Positions 48,133 through 57,463 of a stretch of DNA of 64,000 nucleotides are shown here, one piece after another. The notes beneath the pieces were generated by a model. It was not told the DNA's origin. It made no database searches and was given only the letters and a program-made list of their open reading frames with translations. The stretch spans positions 1,984,001 to 2,048,000 of the forward strand of contig CBDFGR010000003.1 in assembly GCA_965247115.1 (NCBI GenBank), written 5' to 3'. The stretch comes from Myxococcota bacterium. Lineage in GTDB: Bacteria; Myxococcota_A; UBA9160; SZUA-336. The stretch's first letter is position 1. Every line of letters begins with the position of its first letter. The position numbers and the translations under genes are program-made.

Positions 48133-49113
48133 TCAGCCTCCAAGCAGCTTCTTGACGATTCGTCGCAGGTACAGAGCCGCGTCGGAGCGCGGATGGCCCA
48201 GCACCAACGGGCGCCGGTCCTTGACGGAGCGCCAGACGTGGTCGTCGTAGTTGATATAGCCTACGTAGTCTGCCTCCACGCCAAAGTACTTCCGGCACAC
48301 GCTGCACACCGAGAAGCCCATCTTGACCTCTTCGGGGCTGCGGACCTGGTTCATAATGAGCTTCGGCCGGAAATCCTCAAGCAGCTTGCGAAAGCGCTCG
48401 CCCTCCTCCACGTCGAGTGCCTCGATCTCACGCAGCAAGTCTACGGGCGTCTTGATCCCGCGGTCGTTGCGCTGGTCCATGGCAACGCGCACGACCTCGC
48501 GCACCGGCGACGTCTGCATGCCGTAGGCCAGGTTGCGGAAGAAGGCTGCGCGCAGAAAAGCGTAGGCGTTCTCGATCGCAGTCGGCTCCGGAGTCGTCAC
48601 GAGGAAGCCGTCGTCGGCTTCAATAAAAAAGTCGACGGTGGAGCGATCGCATCCGGCCGCGAGATCGAATACGACCAGATCGGCCGGCAGCTTGCGCACC
48701 GCTTCGATCAGGCGTGCGCGTTGCTGCCTGGTGGTCTCCGCCTTGCCCGTGTGGCCGAGGGTTCCGAGGATCAGCCGCAGGCCCGGGATCGGCGTCTCGA
48801 GGGCAGCCTTGTCGAGATCCGCAATGCGGTCTTCGAAGTAGTCCGACAGGTTTACGCGCTGGCCACCGCGCACGCCGAGGCACGTGTGAAGATTGGCTCC
48901 GCCCAGATCCGCGTCGATCAGGATGACCCGACGACCGGTCCGCGCGACCACGGTCGACAGGTTCGCGCTGATGAACGTCTTGCCGATGCCGCCCTTGCCC
49001 CCGCCGATCGCCCAAACGCGAGCGGATGCGTCACGAGGAGACCCATGGCGCTCGCCGCGATCGGGCTCCTGCCGCCTAGCTCTTAGCCAGCTCGGTGTTC
49101 CGGTAAGACGCAT
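48133..49113 (-). CDS. MinD/FlhG-like P-loop ATPase
   Basis: GGGKGGIGKT, DADLGGANL, TPEPTAIENAY. The only in-frame ATG overlaps the HNH gene. Confidence 0.87.
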   Translation of the reverse strand: MRLTGTPSWLRARRQEPDRGERHGSPRDASARVWAIGGGKGGIGKTFISANLSTVVARTGRRVILIDADLGGANLHTCLGVRGGQRVNLSDYFEDRIADLDKAALETPIPGLRLILGTLGHTGKAETTRQQRARLIEAVRKLPADLVVFDLAAGCDRSTVDFFIEADDGFLVTTPEPTAIENAYAFLRAAFFRNLAYGMQTSPVREVVRVAMDQRNDRGIKTPVDLLREIEALDVEEGERFRKLLEDFRPKLIMNQVRSPEEVKMGFSVCSVCRKYFGVEADYVGYINYDDHVWRSVKDRRPLVLGHPRSDAALYLRRIVKKLLGG

Positions 49114-49675
49114 CGACTATCGAAAGAAAGGGTTTCCATTCGGGGTAGTCGCGGCGTCCGGTCAGCGTGGCGGCAATCGGTGTCCAACGCGGTTTGACCG
49201 GGGTCCGGATCAGACGCATGGCGGCCTGCTTGGGCGTGCGCCCGCCCTTGCGCCGGTTGCACTCGACGCAGCTGCACACGACGTTTTCCCACGTGCTCCT
49301 ACCCCCCTGAGCTCGCGGCACGACGTGGTCGAGGTTCAGCTGCGACCGTACGTAGCGCCCAGCACAATACTGGCACGTATTGCGGTCTCGTGCGTAGATA
49401 TTCGTACGGCTGAAGCGCACATGTCTGCGCGGGACGCGATCGAAGGCGGCCAGCAGGATCACCCGCGGCACGCGGATCGCTCCCCCCACGATTCCGATCG
49501 CGTCATACCCGTCACCAACTTCCAGCTCCCGCCAGGACAGGAAGTCAAACGCCTCGTAGCGCTCGTCGACGGCCTTCGCCATTCCTCTGTAGAGCAGCAC
49601 GAAGGCCCGCTGAACCGAAGTAACGTGAATCGGCAAGTAAGACCGGTTCAGCACGAGTACGGGCGCGTCCAGCAT
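49076..49675 (-). CDS. HNH endonuclease family protein
   Basis: VLVLN, RDRNTCQYC, DHVVPR..GG..WENVVCSCVECNRRKG. Confidence 0.92.
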   Translation of the reverse strand: MLDAPVLVLNRSYLPIHVTSVQRAFVLLYRGMAKAVDERYEAFDFLSWRELEVGDGYDAIGIVGGAIRVPRVILLAAFDRVPRRHVRFSRTNIYARDRNTCQYCAGRYVRSQLNLDHVVPRAQGGRSTWENVVCSCVECNRRKGGRTPKQAAMRLIRTPVKPRWTPIAATLTGRRDYPEWKPFLSIVDASYRNTELAKS

Positions 49676-49706
49676 TGAAAAAGCTTAGCTGCAATGGCTC
49701 TGGCCA

Positions 49707-51086
49707 TCAAACGGCGTCAAGAGACTCGAATGCCTTCGCAACCTCTGCGACGTCGTCGTCACTGAGCGTCCGCGGATCGAGCAGGATGACGTCTCGCTGC
49801 ACGCGCACCAGCACGGGCGGGTCGGCGCCGCGCAATCCGCGCGCGATCGCATCGGCCGAACCTGCCGGGGTGACCCGGACCACCACTCCGGGCAACTCCA
49901 CGTCGGGGAGCGCGCCACCACCGACGGGCGCACTGCCGCGCTCGACGGCTACGGGACAGGCGGTCGACTGCTCCAGGGCCCTGGCAAGCCGCTCTGCGCG
50001 CGCCTGCAGCTCGTCTCCGGTCGCAAGGAGCATGGCGACCACGGGGATCTCCCGCTCCCGACCGTCGAGGAGCGCGCTCAAGGTCCAGTGAAGCGCTGCG
50101 AGCGTCATCTTGTCGATGCGCAGCGCGCGGGCCAGCGGGCTGCTGCGCATGCGCTCGATCAGGTCACGCCGACCCAGGGCGATGCCGGCCTGCGGCCCTC
50201 CCAGCAGCTTGTCACCGCTGAACAGGACGAGGTCCGCCCCCTCTCGCAAACCCGACCAGACCTCGGGTTCCGGCACGCCCGCGGAGCGCAAGTCGACGAA
50301 AGTCCCGCTGCCCCGGTCTTCTACCACGGGGATGCCGTGCTCCGCCCCCAACCTGGCGAGCTCCGCGATCGACACCTCCGCCGTGAATCCCTCGACCCGG
50401 AAGTTGCTCTTGTGGACCTTGAGCAGGAGCCCGGTCCGCTCGCCGATCGCCTGTGCGTAGTCGCGTGGGTGGGTGCGATTCGTAGTGCCGACCTCGCGCA
50501 GCTCGGCCCGGCTCGATGCCATGATCTCGGGCACGCGAAACGAGCCGCCGATCTCGACCATCTCTCCCCGGGAGAGCACGACCTCGCGGCCCGCAGCGAG
50601 TGCGTCTACAGCCAGCAGCAGCGCAGCCGCGGTGTTGTTGACCACCAGGGCCGCCTCGGCACCGGACAACAGGCCCAGCAGCCGGCCCACCTGCTCCTGG
50701 CGCGAGCCGCGTGCGCCGGTGTCGAGGTCGAGCTCCAGATCGGAATACGCCGTGACGGAGCGTTCGAGCTCCGCCAGCGCCTGCCTTGCCAGGGGGGCCC
50801 GACCCAGATTCGTATGCAGGACGATGCCTGTGGCATTTAACACACGTCTCGGCGACGGGTGCACGAGCTGCTCCGCATAGTGTCGGGTCTGGCGGCACAG
50901 CGACTCCAGACCGAGATCGACGGAGAGGCCTTCTAGAGCCTTCGCACGCACCTCGGAGAGGGCGTTTCGGGCCCCCTCGAGGAGGCACCAACGAGGCAAT
51001 TTCGTATCTAGTCCAGCTACTTCCACCAGCCTATCCACAGAGGGAAGGTGGCGGAGCTGCGCATTGACCCCGCTGGGCACGTCCAC
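49707..51086 (-). CDS. selA: L-seryl-tRNA(Sec) selenium transferase
   Basis: NATGIVLHTNLGRAP, VNNTAAA, EIGGSFRVP, EVGTTNRTH, SGDKLLGGPQ (PLP Lys). Confidence 0.95.
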   Translation of the reverse strand: MDVPSGVNAQLRHLPSVDRLVEVAGLDTKLPRWCLLEGARNALSEVRAKALEGLSVDLGLESLCRQTRHYAEQLVHPSPRRVLNATGIVLHTNLGRAPLARQALAELERSVTAYSDLELDLDTGARGSRQEQVGRLLGLLSGAEAALVVNNTAAALLLAVDALAAGREVVLSRGEMVEIGGSFRVPEIMASSRAELREVGTTNRTHPRDYAQAIGERTGLLLKVHKSNFRVEGFTAEVSIAELARLGAEHGIPVVEDRGSGTFVDLRSAGVPEPEVWSGLREGADLVLFSGDKLLGGPQAGIALGRRDLIERMRSSPLARALRIDKMTLAALHWTLSALLDGREREIPVVAMLLATGDELQARAERLARALEQSTACPVAVERGSAPVGGGALPDVELPGVVVRVTPAGSADAIARGLRGADPPVLVRVQRDVILLDPRTLSDDDVAEVAKAFESLDAV

Positions 51087-51387
51087 TAGTGTGTCGAGAC
51101 CAAGATCCGTCTCACGGCGTGGGAAAATTCCATCTTATCGGAGCCTCCGCCAGCGGATCGGGAAATTCCAAGCGTCAGGGCAACCGGCGGGCAGCAATGG
51201 CCGCGGCTACGCCCGCACTCACCTGATCCGGAGCTCATACAGCGTTCTGCTTCTATACAGCTAGCCGACACGCCCGACCTGGCAGCCGCCGCGCCAGCAC
51301 CGCTCGATGCGGCATCCCTCGATGCCGTATCGCTCGATCTGCGCCGCGCCTGCGGGGACGTGGAGCCGGATTCCGAAAGGCTTCTCA

Positions 51388-53130
51388 ATGCGAAACGAGA
51401 TCTTCGTGAACGCGGCGCTGCGCGAGACGCGCGTCGCCCTTCACGAGGCGGACAAGTTCGTCGAACTCCACATCGAGCGCGCCAACGAGCGCGGCGTAGT
51501 CGGGGGGATCTACAAGGGTAGGGTCACCCGGGTCCTGCCCGGGATGCAGGCCGCGTTCGTGGACATCGGTCTGGAAAGGGCCGGCTTCCTGTACGTGGGT
51601 GACTACCGCGCCGACTTGGACGGCGCGACCCTGGACGACGACGGGAACGGAGAGGCGTCCTCCGGCAGGGGCCGCAATGGTCCCCAGCCCCAGATCGAGG
51701 ACGTTCTCGAGGAAGGGCGCGAGATCGTCGTCCAGGTCTCCAAGGAGCCGCTCGGCTCCAAGGGAGCCCGAATCACCTCGCGGATCGCGCTCCCCGGACG
51801 ACACCTCGTCCTCATGCCCTGGGTCTCCCGGGTCGGGGTCTCGCGCCGGATCGGCGGGGATCGCGAGCGGCGCCGACTGCGCTCGATCGTCGAGAAGCTG
51901 CGGCCGCCTGAGCTCGGCTTCATCGTGCGAACCGTCTCCCACGGCGTGAACGACGCCGACATCAAAGCCGACATCGACTACCTCGTAAGCCTGTGGAATG
52001 GCATCCAGAAGGACCTGAGCGAGGCCGTAGAGGTGCCGAGCCTGATCTACCGCGAGCCACCTCTGCACCTTCGGGTGCTGCGCGATCTGGCGACGCGTGA
52101 GACCAAACAGATCTTCATCGACAACGCGGACGCATACGGCGAGATGCAGGAGTTCGTCCAGAACTTCATGGCAGCTCCCCGGCCCCGGATCAACTTCTAC
52201 GACAAGGAGGAGCCGCTATTCGATGCCAAGCGCGTCGAGGCCGCCATCGAGGAGGGACTGGGACGAAAGGTCTTCTTGAAGTCGGGCGGGCATCTGGTGT
52301 TTGACCAGAGCGAGGCACTCACGGCCATCGACGTCAACACGGGTCGTTACACGGGGGGCAAGGGCAGGAACCTGGAGGACACGATCCTCAAGACAAACCT
52401 GGAGGCGGTCCGCGAGATCGTCCACCAGCTCCGCTTCCGGAACATCGGCGGCCTGATCATCCTCGACCTGATCGACATGGATGTGGCCGCCAACCGCGAG
52501 AAGGTCTACCGGGCGCTGACGGACGCGCTGCGTGAGGACAAGTCGAGAGTCAACCTGCTCAAGATCTCCGAGCTCGGACTCGTGGAGATGACGCGCAAGC
52601 GCACGCGGGAGAGCCTGCCGCAGCAGCTCTGCGAGCCCTGCTCCACCTGCGAGGGCAAGGGCTACATGCAGTCCGCACAGACCCTATCCAACAGGATCCT
52701 GCGGGAGCTTCCAAAGGCTGTGCGCTATCTGCGCGGCGACGCCCTCCGCGTCCACGCACACCCGGAGGTTACCGAGATTCTGCTGGGAGAGGCCATGAGC
52801 TCTCTCGATCTGATCCAGGACCGGATCGGACGCCAGGTCTTTGTCGAGGCGGAGCCCGACTTCCACGTCGAGCAGTATGAGATCCGCTCGGCGGTCGCTA
52901 CCGAGCCCCGCGTGAAGCGCGAGCCCGAGCCCCCACCGGAGCCGGCTGGCCTGGCCGCTGACGAGTCCGAGGAGGACACGGCCGTCGATATCGTCGCAAG
53001 CGCCGAGCCCGCAGCGGACCCCCCAACCGAAGCGGCAGCAACGGAGGTCGAGACTCCCGAGACGGACACCCAGAGCGAGACGGACACCCCACCGGACGAG
53101 TCCCACCTGGGCTCGGAAGCGAGCTCCTAG
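51388..53130 (+). CDS. rne: Ribonuclease E/G family
   Basis: IYKGRV..VLPGMQAAFVDIG, IDVNTG, GGLIILD, C..C Zn-link, acidic tail. Confidence 0.9.
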   Translation: MRNEIFVNAALRETRVALHEADKFVELHIERANERGVVGGIYKGRVTRVLPGMQAAFVDIGLERAGFLYVGDYRADLDGATLDDDGNGEASSGRGRNGPQPQIEDVLEEGREIVVQVSKEPLGSKGARITSRIALPGRHLVLMPWVSRVGVSRRIGGDRERRRLRSIVEKLRPPELGFIVRTVSHGVNDADIKADIDYLVSLWNGIQKDLSEAVEVPSLIYREPPLHLRVLRDLATRETKQIFIDNADAYGEMQEFVQNFMAAPRPRINFYDKEEPLFDAKRVEAAIEEGLGRKVFLKSGGHLVFDQSEALTAIDVNTGRYTGGKGRNLEDTILKTNLEAVREIVHQLRFRNIGGLIILDLIDMDVAANREKVYRALTDALREDKSRVNLLKISELGLVEMTRKRTRESLPQQLCEPCSTCEGKGYMQSAQTLSNRILRELPKAVRYLRGDALRVHAHPEVTEILLGEAMSSLDLIQDRIGRQVFVEAEPDFHVEQYEIRSAVATEPRVKREPEPPPEPAGLAADESEEDTAVDIVASAEPAADPPTEAAATEVETPETDTQSETDTPPDESHLGSEASS

Positions 53131-54104
53131 CGGTAGCGAACGGTGTCCACGCGGCGGGACGCGCCTTCGCCGCTGACTTCGATCTTGTACTGGGGCTCGA
53201 AGCCCAGGATGTTCGCTGCAAGACCGGTGTCCAGGACGACGCCGTAGCGACACCAGCCGTTGTCGCCGTGGCTGCCCCGGCCCAGCAGCGACTTGAGCAG
53301 GGAGAGCGAGTCCCCGATGACCGGGGGGAGCGTGATGGGGCCGAGGCGGCGGCCCTCCGCTCGCAGCTCGGAGCGGGGAAAGACGTCGCGTCCGGCGATG
53401 TTGTAGATGCCGGGCCGATCGGAGTGCAACGCCAGCACGAGAGCGCGCGCCACATCCCGATCCGCCACCAGCGAGACCAGCGGATCGAAGCCAAGGTACC
53501 CCAGTCCCCGCTCCAGCGGCGGGGAGTGCACAAACTCGCCAGCATCCGTGACGATCGTCGCGGCCCGCAGGATGGTCATCTTGAGCCTCGGGTTATTCAG
53601 CTCCCCCTGGCAGATGAGATCCGCGTCGATCCAGGCACGCACCTCCGGATCGAGCTCCGCCTCGAAGCCGAGCAGCTGGCCCTCGCTCATGACGTTCGAG
53701 CTGCCCGGCTCCGGCTGGTAGACGAAGCCGGACGACAGGTAGATGAAGCGCTCGACGCCCGCTTGCTCGAGGGACTCGGCCACGAGCCGGCGCGTTTCCG
53801 AGACCAGGCTCGGCACGTTTCCTGGGATGTGCTCACCCGCGCTCTCCGCGCAGAAGCTCAGATGAATGACCGAGTCGATACCCGCCGTCGCGAAGCGCTC
53901 GGAGTGAACGAAGTTCGAGAGGTGGCGAGCCCGCGCCAGGTCGATGCGCTCGTACACGCACTTGTCGCGGTACGGCTCGAGGAAGCTCGGCGTGGGTCCC
54001 GTACCCGTGCCCAGCACTAGGTCCACCTCGATGTCGTGGTAGAGGGCCTTCACCAGCCTGCGGCCCACGAACGAGTCCACGTGCGTCACCAGGACCCTGC
54101 GCAT
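53127..54104 (-). CDS. NAD-dependent epimerase/dehydratase-like (atypical SDR)
   Basis: Rossmann-like N-terminus, FIYLSS, PGIYNIAG; canonical motifs degenerate. Confidence 0.7.
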   Translation of the reverse strand: MRRVLVTHVDSFVGRRLVKALYHDIEVDLVLGTGTGPTPSFLEPYRDKCVYERIDLARARHLSNFVHSERFATAGIDSVIHLSFCAESAGEHIPGNVPSLVSETRRLVAESLEQAGVERFIYLSSGFVYQPEPGSSNVMSEGQLLGFEAELDPEVRAWIDADLICQGELNNPRLKMTILRAATIVTDAGEFVHSPPLERGLGYLGFDPLVSLVADRDVARALVLALHSDRPGIYNIAGRDVFPRSELRAEGRRLGPITLPPVIGDSLSLLKSLLGRGSHGDNGWCRYGVVLDTGLAANILGFEPQYKIEVSGEGASRRVDTVRYR

Positions 54105-55111
54105 CAGCCTTGCCCGCGCCGTGCGCTCACTCCCGCGTCCACCAGGTCTTGGATACGCTGCTTGACCTGCTCCGCCATGTACCGAAGCGCGTGGGGGTCG
54201 TCGAGCGCCGAGAGCGGGAATTCCTCGTGGAAGCGGAACGGCTCGCCGTACGTGATCTCGTACTTGACGGGATAGGGGAGCAGCCCGAGCGGTCCGAGCA
54301 GGGGAAAGGTCGGCGTGATCGGAAAGAAGGGGAGTCCAAGCAGCCTGGCCAGCGGCTTCACGTCGTACAGGATGGGCGCCTGGTCATCCGCGCCAATGAT
54401 CGCGACGGGAATGATCATCGTGCGATTCCGGAGCGACTCCTCGATGAAACCGAGACCGAAGCGCTGCAAGACATAGCGCTCGGCGGCGAGCTTGCGCGCT
54501 CCCGCCATGCCCTCGGGGAATACGAGGACGATCTGCTCACGACACAGGAGCTCGCGGAAATTGTCGCGCGTGCCGACCACCTGGCCCACCCGCGAGAGGA
54601 AGACGTTGACGAAGGGAACGGTCCCCGCCCAGCGATCCACGATGGCTCGCGTCAGCCGGGGAGGATTCGCGCGCAGTACCAGGTCCGTGACCACCATCGT
54701 GCCATCGAAGGGCAGGAGGCCCCCGTGGTTGGCGGCCAGGATGGCCGCACCCTTCTCCGGGATCACTGCGTGTCCGCTGCTCTCCACGCGGAAGTAGTGC
54801 CGGTAGAGCTGTTTGAAGAGCCCCAACGCGCGCCTGGCGACGCGCGGATTCAGACCGAGCGCGTCGTAGGGATGCTCCTCGAACTCCGCGAGCACAGCGG
54901 AGGCCCGCTCCTCGAAGGGCGGAACCTCTGGCACAGGGGGTCCGAGATCTACACTTTTCGGTGTGGGATCGAGTCCCCGCCTGGGAGACCCTTCGGGAGG
55001 TATGCCGCCACCGCGCCGCTCCCGCAGGCGACTGAGGTACGGGATGGTGCCGTCACTCAGCGCAAAGGGATCGCTACCAAGTGCCTTCTCTCTCGGACCG
55101 GATCCACTCAT
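54104..55111 (-). CDS. Lysophospholipid acyltransferase family protein
   Basis: NHGGLLPFD (HxxxxxD-type) and VFPEG motifs. Confidence 0.88.
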   Translation of the reverse strand: MSGSGPREKALGSDPFALSDGTIPYLSRLRERRGGGIPPEGSPRRGLDPTPKSVDLGPPVPEVPPFEERASAVLAEFEEHPYDALGLNPRVARRALGLFKQLYRHYFRVESSGHAVIPEKGAAILAANHGGLLPFDGTMVVTDLVLRANPPRLTRAIVDRWAGTVPFVNVFLSRVGQVVGTRDNFRELLCREQIVLVFPEGMAGARKLAAERYVLQRFGLGFIEESLRNRTMIIPVAIIGADDQAPILYDVKPLARLLGLPFFPITPTFPLLGPLGLLPYPVKYEITYGEPFRFHEEFPLSALDDPHALRYMAEQVKQRIQDLVDAGVSARRGQG

Positions 55112-55905
55112 TCGAGGCCCAGCCTCGGGCCGACGGCCAGTAGCTCCTCCGCAACGTCGGAGAGTCCCAGGGCGAGCTTGGAACGGGGAGCGTGCTCGAA
55201 GATCGTCTTGGAGCGACTCTGAGCCTCGTCGATCGACACGGAGTAGCCGAGCACCGTCTTCGAAAGCTGCTCGGGGAAGTGCTTGCGCAGCTTCTCCAGG
55301 ATCTCCCGAGCCATCCGCGTCCGGCGCGCAAAGGTGGGGACCACCAGCGAGATCACGAGCTCGGGGTGATCGAAGCGGCTGCGTACCATCTCGACGGTGC
55401 GCGAGATTTCCGCCGCGCCGTCGAGCGCGAGATACGTCAGCGGTACCGGCAGCAGGATCTCGGTTGCCGCCAGGAGCACGTTCAGTGTGATCGATCCGAA
55501 GGAGGGAGGCGCATCGAAGAAGATGAAGTCGTAGCTCTTCGTGCGCTCGAGTGCGGTGCGCAGACAGTAATACTCGTCCTGCTCGAGGTTGGCGGCCTCC
55601 GCGGGGAACAACGCCAGGGACTTGTTCGAGGGCACGAGGTCCAGGTTGGGATGACGCGCGCGGATCGCGGGAAGCGCGGGCCGCGTCTCCTCACCGATCA
55701 CCGCGTCGAGCAGCAGGTCCAAGGCCGTCCTCCGCACCGCGCCGACGTCGATCCCGAGCACCTTGCCGAGCTGCCCCTGGGGATCCAGGTCTACCAGCAG
55801 CACGCGCTTTCCGTGCTCGCGGGCGAGATAGTCTCCGACGCTGGAGGTCAGCGTGGTCTTGCAGCTGCCCCCCTTCTCGTTAATGACGGCGATCCTACGC
55901 GTGAT
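55108..55905 (-). CDS. ParA/Soj family ATPase, true start ambiguous
   Basis: The frame extends upstream of the track start through ITRRIAVINEKGGSCKTT (Walker A), then DLDPQG and DAPPS. No in-frame ATG/GTG/TTG precedes Walker A. Confidence 0.85.
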   Translation of the reverse strand: MTRRIAVINEKGGSCKTTLTSSVGDYLAREHGKRVLLVDLDPQGQLGKVLGIDVGAVRRTALDLLLDAVIGEETRPALPAIRARHPNLDLVPSNKSLALFPAEAANLEQDEYYCLRTALERTKSYDFIFFDAPPSFGSITLNVLLAATEILLPVPLTYLALDGAAEISRTVEMVRSRFDHPELVISLVVPTFARRTRMAREILEKLRKHFPEQLSKTVLGYSVSIDEAQSRSKTIFEHAPRSKLALGLSDVAEELLAVGPRLGLE

Positions 55906-55955
55906 GGCCCGAGCCCCCCATGGCCAAGCGGACGCACCCCTTCTTCCGCCCTCGG

Positions 55956-55984
55956 TTGGTATTTCACCGCGGACGGATTGTCAA
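55956..55984 (-). promoter_or_regulatory. Putative sigma70 promoter upstream of the ParA-like gene
   Basis: TTGACA-N17-TACCAA. Confidence 0.5.
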
Positions 55985-55997
55985 TCGTGCGCAGCTT

Positions 55998-56813
55998 CTA
56001 GCCGGAGGAACGCTCCAGGGCTTGGCGCGCCTCGCGGCTGAGCTCCGCGGTGTGGGCGAGGCGGACTGGGGTGATCGACACCCGACCTTCGCGCAACGCG
56101 GCCACGTCGGTCGCGGCGTGTGCATCCGCCTCGTTCCGAAGCTCCCCCTCGTAGTCGTGGACGAAGACCCCGTCGGCCTTGCGGCGAAACAGTGAGCGGT
56201 AGCCGACCGCGGCGAGCTCCGTGAGCGCACGAGGGGTGTCGGGCCCCGCACCGACGGGAAAGTTGATACTCAGCAGGTCCGCCTCGGCAGGGAACCCGGT
56301 TTCGCGGATGGTGCGGGTGATGTCCGTCGCGAGCGCAGCCGCGCGCTCCCAGATCTCGCGCGACTCGGGTGCGGCGACCGTCCCCTTCCAGTCGCGATCG
56401 TGGCCCTGGACCCCGACGGAGAAGGCCAGTGCCGGAACCCCAGCAATCCACCCCTCCATCGCCGCACCGATGGTTCCGCTCGACAGAAAGAAGCCGAGGC
56501 CACTGTTGAGGCCGATGTTCACTCCCGAGACCACGAGCTCGGGTGGACCCTCGAAGAGCGAGTGCACGCCGAGGTTCGTGCAGTCGGCGGGGTAACCTCC
56601 CACGGCGAGGATCTCGATCCCCTCCCGCTCCACGCGCTCCACGCGAATATCGTCCCAGCGGGAGATCGCCTTGCCGATCCAGCTGCACTCCGCGGCGGGA
56701 ACTGCGACCCGCACGGGGCCTAGCTCGCGCAGGGCACGGACCAGGGGAAGCAGCGCCGGAGAGTCGACGCCGTCATCGTTGGTGACGAGGATGTACCCCA
56801 CGGGCCGCAGCAT
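55998..56813 (-). CDS. surE: 5'/3'-nucleotidase SurE
   Basis: ILVTNDDG, GYPADC, VSGVNIG, SGTIGAA, SITP. Confidence 0.92.
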   Translation of the reverse strand: MLRPVGYILVTNDDGVDSPALLPLVRALRELGPVRVAVPAAECSWIGKAISRWDDIRVERVEREGIEILAVGGYPADCTNLGVHSLFEGPPELVVSGVNIGLNSGLGFFLSSGTIGAAMEGWIAGVPALAFSVGVQGHDRDWKGTVAAPESREIWERAAALATDITRTIRETGFPAEADLLSINFPVGAGPDTPRALTELAAVGYRSLFRRKADGVFVHDYEGELRNEADAHAATDVAALREGRVSITPVRLAHTAELSREARQALERSSG

Positions 56814-56872
56814 ACCTGCAGGAGCCCGCGCTCTGCGAGCGCATTTGCCGTGCCGGGCGGTAGAGTACTGCG

Positions 56873-57451
56873 GTGCGGCTCGACGAAATCAGAGCGCGAA
56901 TTCGCGCACACGACGCAGCTCTCGCCGAGCCTTCGAACGGCGCGAGGCAGGCAGCCGTCGCGCTGATCCTTCACGAACCTCCGGGAAGCTCGGCCGAGAT
57001 CCTCTTCATCGAACGCGCGACGCGCGAGGGCGACCCGTGGTCGGGCCAGATGGCGCTGCCCGGCGGACGCCGCGATCCCGAAGACGGGGATCTCCAGACC
57101 ACGGCTGCCCGCGAGACGCTCGAGGAGGTAGGGGTCCCGCTGCGTGCGCCACTGGGCCGACTCGACGACTTCTCGGGCAACCGCCCCCGGGTCCCGCAGA
57201 TCATCGTCTCACCGTACGTGTACGAGCTGGAAGAGCGACCGCGCGTGACGATCAATCACGAGGTGAGCTCGGCAGTCTGGATCCCCGTGGAGTGGATCCT
57301 GGCGCCCAAATCCTCGGTCCGGTACGCCTTCGACGGCGAGGCGACCGATGAGACCTTTCCCGGCATCCGCTACGACCGCTACACGGTATGGGGTCTGACC
57401 TATCGTATCCTCACGAACTTCTTCGAGATCCTCGGACGCGAGCTGCGCTAG
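56873..57451 (+). CDS. Nudix hydrolase (CoA pyrophosphatase-like)
   Basis: WSGQMALPGG..TAARETLEEVG Nudix box, VWGLT. Confidence 0.9.
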   Translation: MRLDEIRARIRAHDAALAEPSNGARQAAVALILHEPPGSSAEILFIERATREGDPWSGQMALPGGRRDPEDGDLQTTAARETLEEVGVPLRAPLGRLDDFSGNRPRVPQIIVSPYVYELEERPRVTINHEVSSAVWIPVEWILAPKSSVRYAFDGEATDETFPGIRYDRYTVWGLTYRILTNFFEILGRELR

Positions 57452-57463
57452 GTCTGCGCCCTC

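Noticed and set aside
49076..49675. HNH protein as a Cas9/IscB-like or defence nuclease
   Set aside because: 199 aa, no RuvC motifs, no CRISPR array or cas genes seen; it sits in a housekeeping context.
51087..51387. Possible tRNA-Sec (selC) next to selA, prompted by CTCCGCCA
   Set aside because: No TCA anticodon arm, T-loop or cloverleaf could be built.
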